From Octopus vulgaris (lineage: Eukaryota): a stretch of 64,000 nucleotides of DNA. Positions 1 to 12,047 of this stretch are shown piece by piece. Below the pieces are notes generated by a model that was not told where the DNA came from, ran no database searches, and saw nothing but the letters and a program-made list of their open reading frames with translations. The stretch spans positions 2,790,001 to 2,854,000 of the forward strand of contig OX597817.1 in assembly GCA_951406725.2 (NCBI GenBank), in the 5' to 3' direction. Numbering within the stretch: the stretch's first letter is position 1; the number at the start of each line of letters is the position of its first letter. The position numbers and the translations under genes are program-made.

Positions 1-277
1 TTCTGATTTCAATCACTTGATTGCCATCATACAAGTATCCCCGACTTCATTGATTTTTGATCGATTATATCGATTCTTATATTTTGGCTGGTATTTATTT
101 CATTGCCTACTTGAAGTAAGAATGTCGAATAGAATTCAGAGGACGTTGAGGTATGAAGAAACCGGAATCACAAAGTATTTTTGATCGACGCACATATTTT
201 TCCATTCTTTGCTTGATGCAATCACACAGGTATATGTGCGTGCGAGCGCAGGTGTGTATGCATGTTTATTACACCTC

Positions 278-388
278 GTTTCAACATTTTATGGCACATC
301 AGCTAATGTGGGAGGTTCCAACATTTTAGGGCACGTCAGCTAATGTGGGAGGTTCCAACATTTTAGGGCACGTCAGCTAATGTGGGAG
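278..388. repeat. Tandem repeat, 3 x 37 bp
   Basis: Unit gttccaacattttagggcacgtcagctaatgtgggag starts at 278, 315 and 352. Copies 2 and 3 are identical; copy 1 has a few substitutions. Confidence 0.95.
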
Positions 389-444
389 ATATTTGTGTGA
401 CACAGTCTTTATATTTAAGACAATTGCCATCTGTTACTAATAAT

Positions 445-660
445 GGCTTGAAATATTGTCATAAGGCCAGTAATTTCGAAGGAGGGGCTAAGTTGACTAC
501 ACCGATCCTAGTACTCAACTGGTAGTTGTTTTATCGACCCCAAAAGGATTCAGAGAGCAAAGTCGGCATTGGAGGAATTTGAACTCAGGACGTAAAGACG
601 GACGGAATGCCACGAAGCGTTTTGCCCGACGTGCAAACTATTCTGCCAGTTCGTCGCCTA
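445..660 (-). mobile_element. SINE family B copy (diverged)
   Basis: Reverse complement matches the family B pattern ggcgacgaactggcagaat...cgtcctgagttcaaattcc...ggggtcgataaa seen at 12048 and 63158. Confidence 0.8.
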
Positions 661-1084
661 AATCATTTCTTAATAATGGTATCTGTTGCTGACAGGGAGT
701 TCGAAATGCACGCATCCATCAGTTCAGTGGTGGGTGTACGAAGAGCTGAGTATGGTGTTTTTACACCTTTTTCTTTCAGGAGAAAATTTTGGTTTCTCTT
801 CGACAAACTGCGGTGAAAGGTCTTTGATAGGTTCAGGAATCTCTCAGACATATGTAAAATGGTCTTCAGTTTGTTTACTTTCAGTCACTGCTTTGCACCT
901 CAACGTAAAAAGAATGTTTTCATAAATACTCGAGCAATGACTCAAGCACGACGATACTGATTATTATTATGTCTATGTGTATTCAATATATTGATGCGCT
1001 TATATGCATAAGAGCCGTTGTAGAAAACATGCCGCTTTTGCGTGCATACATGCGTGTGTGTATAATATATATATATATAATTTT

Positions 1085-1300
1085 AATCCAAACGGGAAAA
1101 CAAAAAAACAACAACAGTGGAACAATTACAGTATTATTATTAATAGGCGCTCAGGAAATATGGAAGCAGGAAGGTATGACGTTTCGAGCGGAGCTCTTCG
1201 TCGGAAACATAAAGAAGGAAGAGAGAGGAAAGAAAGATCCCAAAGTGGGCAACAGGAGATGGAGAAAAAAACGACTGGTGTTTACGAAGTACACATGGTG
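1085..1300 (-). mobile_element. Hammerhead-bearing short repeat, family H1 (Penelope-like terminal repeat), ending at (TA)n
   Basis: Shares gagc-loop-gctc-gaaacgt, ttcctgagcg and the pyrimidine-rich 3' part with copies at 3215, 21035, 35017 and 35328. Confidence 0.6.
1174..1208 (-). ncRNA. Minimal type-I hammerhead ribozyme-like motif
   Basis: Minus strand reads guuu-CCGACGA-A-GAGC-ucc-GCUC-GAAAC-GUC-auac. It has a CYGANGA core, a 4-bp stem II, GAAA, a palindromic stem III and a GUC cleavage triplet; stem I has one mismatch. Confidence 0.6.
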
Positions 1301-1993
1301 AAAGGCGGAAGTTTACGATAACAAGAGCAAAGTAGGTTTTTAAAGCCAAAAGAGTGGAGACAGGGTTGGTAACGCAACAGATGTGTGTGTATGTGTGAGT
1401 GTGTGCGTGTGCGTGTGTGTATGTGTGTGTGAGGCGAGATAAAAAACAAAAAATATATGTATGTGTTAGTGTGTGCGTCTGTGTGTAGGCGTGTGAGGTA
1501 GGGCGAACAGTAGTAGGCAACAGACAAGTGGTCAGTAGTAAGAAAATGAAGGAAGGAGGAAGGGAGGGAGGGGAAGGGGTGGGGGCGTATGTAGCGTGCC
1601 AGCGTGTGTTGAGTAGTAGTGTGTGTGTGTGTCCAGTGTCGTGGTAGTATTAATGGCGAGTAGATTTGAATGTGTGTAAGAGTAATGTATATATTTAAGC
1701 AATGTGTGTGTGTGAGTGGGTGTGTGTATGTGTGCGCGTGTGTGTAACAAAAAATGGTGGGGTTAAGGAAAAAGGACTCCAGCTGAGGGGAAGATGGAAG
1801 AGCGGTCCCGCGGAGACGGGCGTGGGAGAACCCAACGACAGGCGACGGTCCCAGGAACGAGCGGGAGGTCTCGTCGGGTCCAAGAGCGAGGTGCATGCAG
1901 CGCGTATGCGTGCGCGAACCGGCGCAAGCGCGTGTGTGCGCGCGCCTGCGAGTATGCGCGTAAGTATGTATATATATCATATTGTAAGCACTT

Positions 1994-2372
1994 GAGTGGT
2001 TGTGTGGTAAGAAGCTTCCTTCCCAATCACATGGTTCTGGGTTCAGTCCCACTGCGTGACACTTTGGTACGTGTCTTCTTCTATAGCCTCGGGCCGACCA
2101 AAGCCTTGTGACTGGACTTGGTAGACGGAAACTGAAAGAAGCTCGTCGTGTACATATATATATGTGTGTGTATGTATGTGTCTGCGTCTGTGTCTGTGTT
2201 TGTTCCCCCACCATCGCTTGGCAACCGATATTGGTGTGTTTGCGTCTCCTTAACCTAGCTGTTCACAAATAGACCGATAGAATAAGTACTAGGCTTACAA
2301 AAAGTAACTTCTAGGTCGACTAAAGGCGGTGCTCTAGTATGGCCACAGCCAAATGGCTGAAGCAAGTAAAAG
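1994..2372 (+). mobile_element. SINE family A (tRNA-like head, central microsatellite, LINE-like 3' tail), near full length
   Basis: Head gtggttgtgtggtaag...gggttcagtcccactgcg with A/B-box-like motifs, internal (TA)/(TG)n, and tail ggcggtgctctagtatggccacagccaaatggctgaa. Homologous to 30112 and 49474. Confidence 0.9.
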
Positions 2373-2474
2373 TATTAAAAAATAGAGGAATATATATCTA
2401 TATACATGCATACATACATACATACACACATATATACATACATACATGCATACATACAAACATACATACATACT

Positions 2475-2548
<74 letters not shown>

Positions 2549-2611
2549 TATTTCAGAATGAGATAAAAAAAACCAAGGCTGTGAAGATTTTAGAACATTT
2601 ATAAATAGAAG

Positions 2612-2659
2612 GTCTTACAGTTGTTTCCAGGATATTTATTATATCCCTTCATCGGAAAC
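2612..2659 (-). ncRNA. Hammerhead-like motif (left arm of fold-back)
   Basis: Minus strand: guuu-CCGAUGA-A-GGGAUAU-aauaa-AUAUCCU-G-GAAAC-aacu-GUA-agac. Confidence 0.6.
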
Positions 2660-2903
2660 GGTGGGAGAAGATGGTTAAGCAATAGTTAATATAGATAAGA
2701 TACGAAATAGATGTGAGATATGCAGGGATATTGCATTTGTAGATCAATTATTTAGGCAGAATGCTATACCTATAAGATATTGGAATATTATATGTATACC
2801 ATTCTGCCTAAATAATGGATCTACAAATGCAATATCCTTGCATATCTCACATCTATTTCGTGTCTTATCTAAATTAACTATTGCTTAACCATTTTCTCAC
2901 ATC

Positions 2904-2951
2904 GTCTCCGATGAAGAGAAATAATAAATATCCTGGAAACAGCTGTAAGTT
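2904..2951 (+). ncRNA. Hammerhead-like motif (right arm of fold-back)
   Basis: gucu-CCGAUGA-A-gagaaau-aauaa-auauccu-G-GAAAC-AGCU-GUA-aguu, with palindromic stem III ACAGCUGU. Confidence 0.55.
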
Positions 2952-3158
2952 CTTCTATTTATAAATGTTCTAAAATCTTCACAGCCTTGGTTTTTCATAT
3001 CATTCTGAACCTTTTTTTATATATATACACATGCTGATATACGACCTACGTTTGACTCCTTTATTGCATAATCACCAAACCTGGAGCTTAACTATGTTCT
3101 AGCCATAGCACTTACTCAGCAGTACCTGACACCTTGCGGGTCTTACTGACACCATTAC

Positions 3159-3210
<52 letters not shown>

Positions 3211-3214
3211 CACC

Positions 3215-3383
3215 ATTAATCCCTACACATTTTCTCTCTCCGTTTCTTTCGTACCCTCTTCATTTTTCCTTTTCAATTCTTTCTATCGAAGAGCGTAGAC
3301 ACGAAGCGTCAAGGACGTTAAACTAATACACCTACTTGTTGTTCCGTCATCTGTCTTTGTCTTTTGTTTTCTGTAAATTTGAA

Positions 3384-3387
<4 letters not shown>
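3215..3387 (+). mobile_element. Family H1 copy (degenerate hammerhead) between two (TA)n tracts
   Basis: ctttctatcgaagagcgtagacacgaagcgtcaagg...ctaatacacctacttgttgtt...ctgtctttgtcttttgttttctgtaaa is homologous to 21035-21205. Confidence 0.7.
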
Positions 3388-3437
<50 letters not shown>

Positions 3438-4094
3438 GTGTGTGTGTATATATAGATACATACACACTTACATTCATATAAGAAAGAGCGAGCGAGAGAG
3501 AGAGAGAGAAAAGAAAGAAAGAAAAAAGAGAGAGAGAAAGAAAGAAAGAAAGAAAGAAAGAAAGGAAAGAAGTGGATTCCTATGCAGGAAAAATATAGAA
3601 GAGTCAGTTTGACGGTTGAAAATGCATCTGTGTCTTAAAACATGTTGTAGTTTTAAAATTTTGTAACAGATTTATTAAAATAACAAACCGGTTTCGACAA
3701 TTTTTGCGTTTCCCTTGTAAATAAAAAAAAACCTTCGCATAGATTGAAGATAGAATGGAAAATTCGGATAAACCTGCTGAAAAGATCAAATGTTGATATG
3801 AATTCCAATATGGAATAACTTTTACAGAGATAGAATTATTTCAAGCTCAATTTTCGATTAATGTTACAACAGACATATATGATTGAAAGTTCAACAACAT
3901 TATATTAATAATTATATTGTTATATTAACAATTAGATAACAATTATAGTTATATTAACAAAAAGGAAGGTTTTGAAAGAGGAAGAAAAAAGAAAAAAGAA
4001 TTTTTACAATTTCTGTTGTAGTGCATAAAGGAAGATTCTGGTTTTGTTGGTGAGAGCTTGAGCTGTTTTCAGCTGAAATTGCTTTGTATATATA

Positions 4095-4459
4095 CAGGGT
4101 GATTTAAAAGTCTCCATACGAAAAAAAAAATTTTTTATCAGAAACACTTTATAAGATCCCCGGGATCCCCTAATCTGAGCCCTCTTGATTTCTATCTTTG
4201 GAGTCATTTGAAAGGCATGGTGTATCGCGGAAAGATAAAAGACATGAATCATTTGAAGGAACGCATCACCAACTCCTTTGTACATGTATCACCAGATGTG
4301 ATATTACGAGTTCACAATGAGTTGGGTAAACGTATTGCAATGAGTATTCAAAACAATAGTAACCATACAGAGCCTGTTAAATAAAAGAAAGACTTTTCTT
4401 ATAAACTGTTTCCTAAAAAAAGACAAATTGTTCCTATGTATGGCAACTTTTGAATCACC

Positions 4460-4462
<3 letters not shown>
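4095..4462 (+). mobile_element. Non-autonomous Tc1/mariner-superfamily element retaining the transposase C-terminus
   Basis: TIRs cagggtgatttaaaagtctccatac / gtatggcaacttttgaatcaccctg with TA on both sides. 4160-4384 translates PGSPNLSPLDFYLWSHLKGMVY...HTEPVK*, an SPDLxPxDFxLW-type motif. Confidence 0.88.
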
Positions 4463-4558
<96 letters not shown>

Positions 4559-4684
4559 TATATGTACGTATGTATATATGTATGTATGTATGAATGAATG
4601 AGTGAATATATATTCATACATACACATACATACATACATATATACAGATATATATATATATATATATATATACATACATACGTA

Positions 4685-4734
<50 letters not shown>

Positions 4735-5483
4735 ATTTAATGTAAGCTTTCAATATCTGATTGGCTGTAAATTTAATGAGGTCACTTGTCTTCGTCCGTC
4801 TGTTGTCTGTAGTATTTTGGTTCGCTTACTGCCGAATATCTAACTTGTTTTCCGGATGTTCTGGACACATATTTTGGTTTGGCACTAGACCAGTGTTCTA
4901 GTTTTTTTTTTTTTTTACTTCCTGGTGACGCCATTTGTCTATGGAGTGCCTTTTGTAACAAATCTGTAACAAAATTTAAAAACTGCAACTCATTTTAAGA
5001 TGCATTCGAGTTTTAAAAGCTGCATCTTAACCCAGATGTAATCCACTCAAAGATTGATTTCTTGAAATGGAAAACCGAAAGTTAGGAAAAATATCAAGTA
5101 CACGCATTCAACAGAAAGATTTTAGTGAGACAATTCGTATGCTACTGGCATTTTTCTATTAATATTTAGTTATAAAGCTACCCAGCTAGAGAAACTCTAT
5201 AGTTGCCGAAATTAGTCTCTAATACATCATAGTCAATTGTTTGTTTTTTTGTTTTGTTTTTTAACTTTGAAATGTGGAACGGAAAATTTGACTTTAGCTA
5301 GTTTCAAACTTGGTTTTCAGATCGTTTACACCACTTAATGGGTGTCATTTAATCCGGAGCCCTACCGTTTCTGTAGATTCGGTATTCTGCTACTTCCTAA
5401 TATTATATCCATAATTCACTGAAAAATTCTTTCAATCTATTTTCAGAACAATTAAGCCAAAAGTGTAGTTGACATCAACAAAA

Positions 5484-5517
<34 letters not shown>

Positions 5518-5682
5518 GTTATTATTATTATTATTTTAATTGTTGTTGTTGTCGTTGTTGCTTTTGTTGTTGTTTTTGTTGTTGTTGATGATGTTGTTGG
5601 TAATTGTAGTAGTAGTAGTAGTAGTAGTACTAGTAGTAGTAGTAGTAGGAGGAGGAGGAGGAGGAGGAGGAGGAGGAGGAGT

Positions 5683-5880
5683 AAGGCGGTGAGCTGGCAA
5701 AATTCTTTCTGCACCGGATAATATTCTTGGCAGGATTTCTTCCGAATTTGCGTTCTAAGTTCAAATGCCGCCAGGCTCGACTTGCCTTTGAGTCTTTCGT
5801 GGTCGATGAATTAAGTACCAGTAAGCACTTGGATCGATAATGTCCCCCCTCCAAAACTTCAGCCCCTGTACTTATTGTAA
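5683..5880 (+). mobile_element. SINE family B copy (diverged) between trinucleotide tracts
   Basis: aaggcggtgagctggcaaaat...cgttctaagttcaaatgccgcc...ggtcgatgaattaagtaccag. Confidence 0.8.
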
Positions 5881-5881
5881 A

Positions 5882-5956
<75 letters not shown>

Positions 5957-5975
5957 CATCATCATCATCATCATC

Positions 5976-7085
5976 ATTGTTCGACCGTGGTCGAGACAAT
6001 GGAATTTACCTTTCTACGCCAGACTTCACGGTCCATCATGGCATTATGAAGGTCCTGTTGCTGGATGCCTGTATCCCTAGAGATTACATCAGAGTAGGAG
6101 AGTGTGCGCCCTCTGGTATTGCGAGTAGATGGCTTCCAGAGGAGAAGAGTAGAAATTGCCTCGTTTTCAGCTCTACAACAATGTCCAGCAAACTGGACTC
6201 TCCTACCTTTCACAAGAGATGATACAGGTGGTAGTTTCCCATATATTTGCATTTTGGTTGGATGACGCTTCCACGAGAGATTTTGAGCTCTCATAAGGAG
6301 GCTAGTGTAGATTCCATCCAACCGCCTCTCAAGCTTCGTTCATAACGTCCAGGTTTCTGAGCCATATAGTAGAATTGGTTCGACTGTGGCTTTGAAGATT
6401 TCAAGTTTGAAGTCTCTACTTAGATTTGATGACCAGATCATTATGCATGTCATTACAGGCTGACCAGGCCATACCCTTTCTAGTTAGAAAATCTTTTCCA
6501 GGTGATGATATGTATGACCCAAGATATTTGTAATCAGAAACCATATTTAAGGGCGCATAGTTGAGAGTATGGATGATGCAATCACTGTTGGACAGGCACT
6601 TGTTTATATATTCAGTCTTGGTCTCATTGAGGTAAAGACCTACACAATTTGAGGCTTGTTCGAGGGATTGTAAAAGAGACTGGGCATTGGAGAGAGAATC
6701 ACTGATAAGAGCAATATCGTCAGCAAAGTCAGTGTCTGTCAAGTATTCAGCTGGGTGTCTGGAACTTCTTGGTTTTATTTCAAAGCCCTTGCCAGAAATG
6801 GTATCAACTGACATACGTAGCACATAGTCAACGACAATGATGAAAAGAAATGGGGCGAGTGTGTCTCCCTGCAGATGATGTTTCTCCGTCAGGGGTTAAG
6901 ATGGTTGAAGACGTATCTGTGTAGAGGACCTTGATGACAGAAATGATTTTGTCTGGTATCCCATAGAGCTTAAGGATTTCAAACATCTTATACCTATCTA
7001 CAGAGTCGAACGCTTTAGAAAAGTCTACAAACACCATTGCAAGATCGCGATTAAATGCTTTTGATTCTTCAATAAGTCTGCGTAG
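5976..7085 (-). mobile_element. Non-LTR retrotransposon (RTE/RTEX-like) RT and 3' end, disrupted
   Basis: ORF pieces contain FVDFSKAFDSV, DTDFADDIALI, DYKYLGSYI and RVQFAGHCCR. Frameshifts, a deletion in the QGD region, and a (TGA)n/(TTA)n tail after the stop. Confidence 0.88.
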
Positions 7086-7109
7086 TGATGATGATGATGA
7101 TGATGATAC

Positions 7110-8030
7110 TCTTTGGGTATTTGTCATTGAGATGTTTTTCTTGCCATTTATCAGTAAGAATAACAAAGACAGTAGTTTTAGCAAGAGTTTTCATACGCTT
7201 AGCTTTTTCTGTGCTTGTTTCTAGTACGTCTAATTCTGGAATTTGTTGTATTTGGAATCCACTTAGAGATTTCTTTACCTGTTTTATTACTGAGTATGAT
7301 GCTTTCTTGTTTTCATACTTTGAGGCAACTTTTACCATTCAGTCATCTGAATTTTTCAAGTAGGTGCCTAGGCCAATTGGGGCAATCTTCATTATTAATT
7401 CCAGTTCTAAAAGTCCACGGCGTCCCTCTTTTCCTGGCAGATAAGGTCATTCTATATCTGCCTTAGGATAGTGCATTCTATGCATTGTCAACAATTTTCC
7501 TATTTTTCTGTCAAGATTATATATTTAAGTAATTGACTGGTTAATAATATTGAAACTGTAAGTCACGACAAGTATGGCTCAAGTAGTGATCGCTTCGATT
7601 CTGTTTCTTGCATTTAACTCTGTCTTGAGTATTGCCCTTACCCTACGATAACATTCTCTTCTGATACTTTCCCTTATCACTGAATGTTTGATTCCGTCCC
7701 CTTCAAATACCCCTAGGTATTTGTAAATCTCCGCTGGTTCTAATTCCTTCATGAAATTCTGCTGGTCAAGATGTTTTTGGATGTTTCTGTCATTTTCTCT
7801 TTGATAAAGGTAGCTTTTGCCCATTTATCGAGGCCAAATTACTTCCTGATGTCATCACTGAATTGTTTAACAATCACTAGTAAGCCCTGTAGTAAGCCCT
7901 GTAGTAAGCCCTGTAGTAAGCCCTGTAGTTGTTGGTCATGTTTTGCAAAGAGCTTTGAATCATCCTTGCAAATGAAATGATTTATATTTTTATCAAACAT
8001 TTTATAACCGTATTGTACATCGTTGAGTAT
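7110..8030 (-). mobile_element. R4/Dong-like non-LTR retrotransposon RT fragment (pseudogenic)
   Basis: Minus-strand pieces: HFICKDDSKLFAK (YMDDLKLFA-like), FGLDKWAK, YKYLGVFEGDGIKH...ILKTELNARNRIEAI, and KADIE*PYLPGKEGRRGL. Confidence 0.8.
7878..7929. repeat. 12-bp tandem expansion (agtaagccctgt x ~4) inside the R4/Dong RT relic
   Basis: Directly visible: tagtaagccctgtagtaagccctgtagtaagccctgtagtaagccctgtag. Confidence 0.9.
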
Positions 8031-8042
8031 GCGAGCTGCATA

Positions 8043-8256
8043 TCATTAGAATGCAAGCTGTACACAACAGTGTTGTCTTTCGGATCACCCCAAGCCTGGC
8101 AGCAGCTCCAATACTGTTAATATGCTTTTCATATCCCTTGGAAACAGCTCTTAATGCTCCAGTTACCTCCGGTATCACCATTACTTTCTTGATGTCCCCT
8201 AACTTTTCTATCTCGTCCCGCAGTGGCTGGTATTTCTCAGTCTCTTGTTTCCTTGA
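8043..8256 (-). mobile_element. C-terminal restriction-like endonuclease fragment of an R4/Dong-type element
   Basis: Minus frame reads EIEKLGDIKKVMVIPEVTGALRAVSKG...VIRKTTLLCTACIL, similar to the IPVVIGALG...LGTAHIL end at 16720-17020. Confidence 0.6.
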
Positions 8257-8282
8257 TTATCATCATCATCATCATCATCACC

Positions 8283-8359
<77 letters not shown>

Positions 8360-8402
8360 CATCATCATCATCATCCTCATCATCATCATCATCATCATCA
8401 CC

Positions 8403-8494
<92 letters not shown>

Positions 8495-8510
8495 TATCAT
8501 CATTATTATT
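8257..8510. repeat. Compound (CAT)n/(AAT)n microsatellite with higher-order duplication
   Basis: Block (CAT)n-CAC-CAT-(AAT)n occurs twice, followed by (CAT)n. Confidence 0.9.
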
Positions 8511-10505
8511 AGTTTTTTTAAAAGTTAGCTAAACAATCAGTTGAACGCTTAATTTGACAATAAAATGCTTTATTCAGTTTTATGAATTATATAATTCCAA
8601 ATATTTGATTATGCGTTGACCGTTTAATGATTTAAAATATCTATGCAAAGTGGTTGATGTTTTACACACTTTTCTGACTACTGTGTGGTCGTTATAGAAA
8701 AAAGAATCACTGCAATATTTCTTTGTGACAGTACATCTGGTTTTCACTTTGTAATATGACCCTTACTTTTAAGTTGGTTTCCTAAAAGAGAATATTTTGA
8801 GTAATACAATGGTAAAATATGAAACCAAGAAGATTTATTATCTGTCCCTCGTGGATGACTTGAAATTACATACGGCAACTTCTCCATAATTTTAGAATCT
8901 CTCAGTATTGTTCAAGACCAATTAGGTTATCAAAATGTTTTTAGAAACATACAGAAAATCTTCACTGAGAGACAATATTTGCAAATCTGATACTGTTAAA
9001 CAAACCAACGATATTGGATACTTACTCAAGGTCCACGGTATTTACAACAATGTAATATAATATGAATGCATAATGAATAATGAACAACAGTAAATCTACT
9101 CACACTCACTAACGTGCACATGGGTACACGCAAGCACACACACATTTACAAAAAGTACAATATACATAAAAAATAAATGGCAGACTAAAATCTGGTAAAA
9201 TACTTTTGAGTATAACAGTATATATTTCACGCCTCATAATACATTCTAAGTCTGATGTGAAATGAGAACAGTTATGGAATTATGTTGCATAAATAAATAG
9301 AAATTAATGTCCAGTTTACTATTCACTGCATTCCTAGATATAATAACGTAACAGGTGAAGCCATCCTCACTGGAATTTCGAGTTAAGTGCAAGCAAACAT
9401 ACTTAGTGCAGTGATCCAAAAAGAAGCTTTAATTAATTGAAATTACACTCATAATGAAAAGAAAAAAGTAATTAAAGTAAATGTCATTTCTTCTCCGAAA
9501 ATTTAAGAGATTTTAAAATGGTTTATTCACTGAAGTTTACTCACTGAAAAAGCAATTAAAATAATGACACTGAAAAACTCGCTTAATCAGTGTGTAATCT
9601 TCCTCGCAAAATCTATATCCTCTTAAGGTCTTTCTAAAATCTGGTTACTACGTGCTAGAGTTGGGCAGGTAAGTAATTCTCTACAGCAGCCTAGTAAGAA
9701 CAAAACATCTCCAGAATTATCACCGTATTTACCAAATATCAGATTCTCTGCATACTGTATGTTTGCATGTAATGTTTCACCATTTGAAATTGCGAAATTA
9801 TTTTCTTTGCTCTTCTTGATAAGAAATATAATTTTCATTAGAGATACTTTTCTTATCATTACGACTGTAATTTCAGTTACTTAGAATTTATTTTTGTTCA
9901 CATCTCTAAGAAAGCCAGTCTGTTCATAACTATATGGTTGTCGAGTAAAACGCATCCATTGGGAACTTACGAATATAATTATTTTATTATAGACATACTA
10001 CTGTTCTGTACCAAAAGTCATGTAGGTTTTAGTGTTAATGTCGTATCATTTGCAATTTTAATGAAAGCATATCAAACTGATTAACAACGGTTTGAAAATT
10101 ACAATGCTATCGCCATCGATTGCATACTACATTAGCAAAAGTACTTAAAACTCTCGAGCCCATATCACTTAATTGTGAAGGAATGAATACTAATTGTGAA
10201 TGAATACAATCACTAGTTGCCTCAAGAATCAAACCTGCTGCAAAAACCATAGTGTTTGACCGTTCATAAGGGTGGAGAAAATAAGAAATGCCATTGTAAA
10301 ATCTGTTATGGTACAACATACATAATACTTCTCGTTCTAAACAATTTACATAACAAACTGTTCAAAGAAGCTAATCATCGCAGGCTGTCATAGATTTAGC
10401 TGAAGTTTGCGCGAATCTGAATGCTAATGATTGGACAAGATTTATTACTAAATTTGTGTTGTTCATATTGATGACTTTATCAGAATAACACACGCTATTT
10501 CAATC

Positions 10506-10810
10506 ATGACTGTGTGGTAAGAAGCTTACTTCCCAACCACTTCGTTTCAGATTCAGTGCCACTGAGTGGCACCTTGGATAAGTGTCTTCTACAATACGTT
10601 CAGGCTGACTAAAGCCTCTTGAGTGGATGTGGTAGATGGAAACTGAAAGAAGCCCTTCGCATACGCGCGTGTATGTGTCTTTGTACCTGTAATTGTACCC
10701 CACCACTGGTTGAAAACCAATATTCATCTGTTTAGATCCCCTTTAGCTAACAGTTCGGTAAAAGAGACCGATACAATAAGTATCAGAAAAGGCACTGCAG
10801 TCGATTCATT
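10506..10810 (+). mobile_element. SINE family A copy, diverged and 3'-truncated
   Basis: gactgtgtggtaagaagctt...ggaaactgaaagaagccc...cggtaaaagagaccgatacaataagta. Confidence 0.8.
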
Positions 10811-10831
10811 CATTCATTCATATCTATATTC

Positions 10832-10862
<31 letters not shown>

Positions 10863-10908
10863 CATACATACATACATACATACATACATACATGCATACA
10901 TATATATA

Positions 10909-10968
<60 letters not shown>

Positions 10969-11187
10969 GGTAGCCATGATAAAACTCCGAGATTCGTATG
11001 TCAGGGCGAAACCCACACCGCCATCTTCTTTTTTTTTTCGATGGCCCGATAACTGAAGAGATAGCGACGTGGGTTTCTGCCCCGACATTATATATACACA
11101 TAGGTACCAAATGCAATTTAAACCGGTTGGTTCTAGGTGTGGATTTTAGGTGTGGCGTATGTATCAAAGGAGAGCAGTAGTGGGGTT

Positions 11188-11441
11188 ATAAACTTACTAC
11201 ATCTGTTCCGGTAGCATTTTATCGATGTATTCTTATATTACATCATAGCAAAATTTCACTATCCTCCGGCAAAACTGTAAACAGTTTTAATCAGTCAAGG
11301 TAAAACTAAAAAAATTGCCTATTCACCAACTAACATGATGAACAATCGTTTTTACAATTTTACCTGAGGATGGAAGATGTTTGCTCTGATGTAATTTAAG
11401 AAGCATCAATAAATGTTACTGGAACAGCTGTAGTAAATTTT
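11188..11441. repeat. Old fold-back element, ~90-bp imperfect arms
   Basis: 11190-11282 (aacttactacatctgttccggtagcattttatcgatg...) is the reverse complement of 11351-11440 (...catcaataaatgttactggaacagctgtagtaaatt). Confidence 0.75.
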
Positions 11442-12047
11442 AAAGCGCACTTGCGCAGTTCTTATAAATATATATATATTTATATATATGCGTGTGTGTG
11501 TGTACATATACATGTGTAAGTATTTGTATGCGTATATATGTGTGTATGCATGTACATGTCTTTATATATGCGTGTGTGTATGTGTGTAAGAATATATTAA
11601 ACTCTTTATATATGTTTATGTGCATATGTGTGCATGCCAGTGTGCATATGCATGTAAGATTTTAATGACAGGATGAAAGAAATAAACTTCAACACCAGAT
11701 AAGATAGAAATTCCGATCGGCATTATCAATATAAATATTTTAGTTTATGTAGTTATACCACGAAAAATTGTAAAACTAACAAAGAATAACATAAAAGAGA
11801 ATATTAAATGGTAGGAAAAGATGATGATAAGAACTCTGTCATTTATATTATGTAGAATATCATTTCCCCAAAAACAATATGGTATAAATATAATATTGTA
11901 TTCACCATATAATTTCTTAGATCTACATGAACCATACTCCGTGGGTGTTCTTGATAAATTTGAAATGCCTCAAGTAAAGATATTTATATTATAAAATGTA
12001 TTATAATTGTTTAACATACATAGTATTTCTGGTTCTAAAATAATTAG

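Larger units (their letters stand above)
2552..3009. mobile_element. Fold-back (palindromic) element, ~228-bp arms, one hammerhead-like motif per arm (family H2)
   Basis: ttcagaatg...aaccaaggctgtgaagattttagaacatttataaatagaa... is the reverse complement of ...ttctatttataaatgttctaaaatcttcacagccttggtt...cattctgaa. Centre near 2782; flanked by (TA)n. Confidence 0.9.

Noticed and set aside
278-388. 37-bp direct repeats as a mini-CRISPR
   Set aside because: No spacers; a simple tandem triplication.
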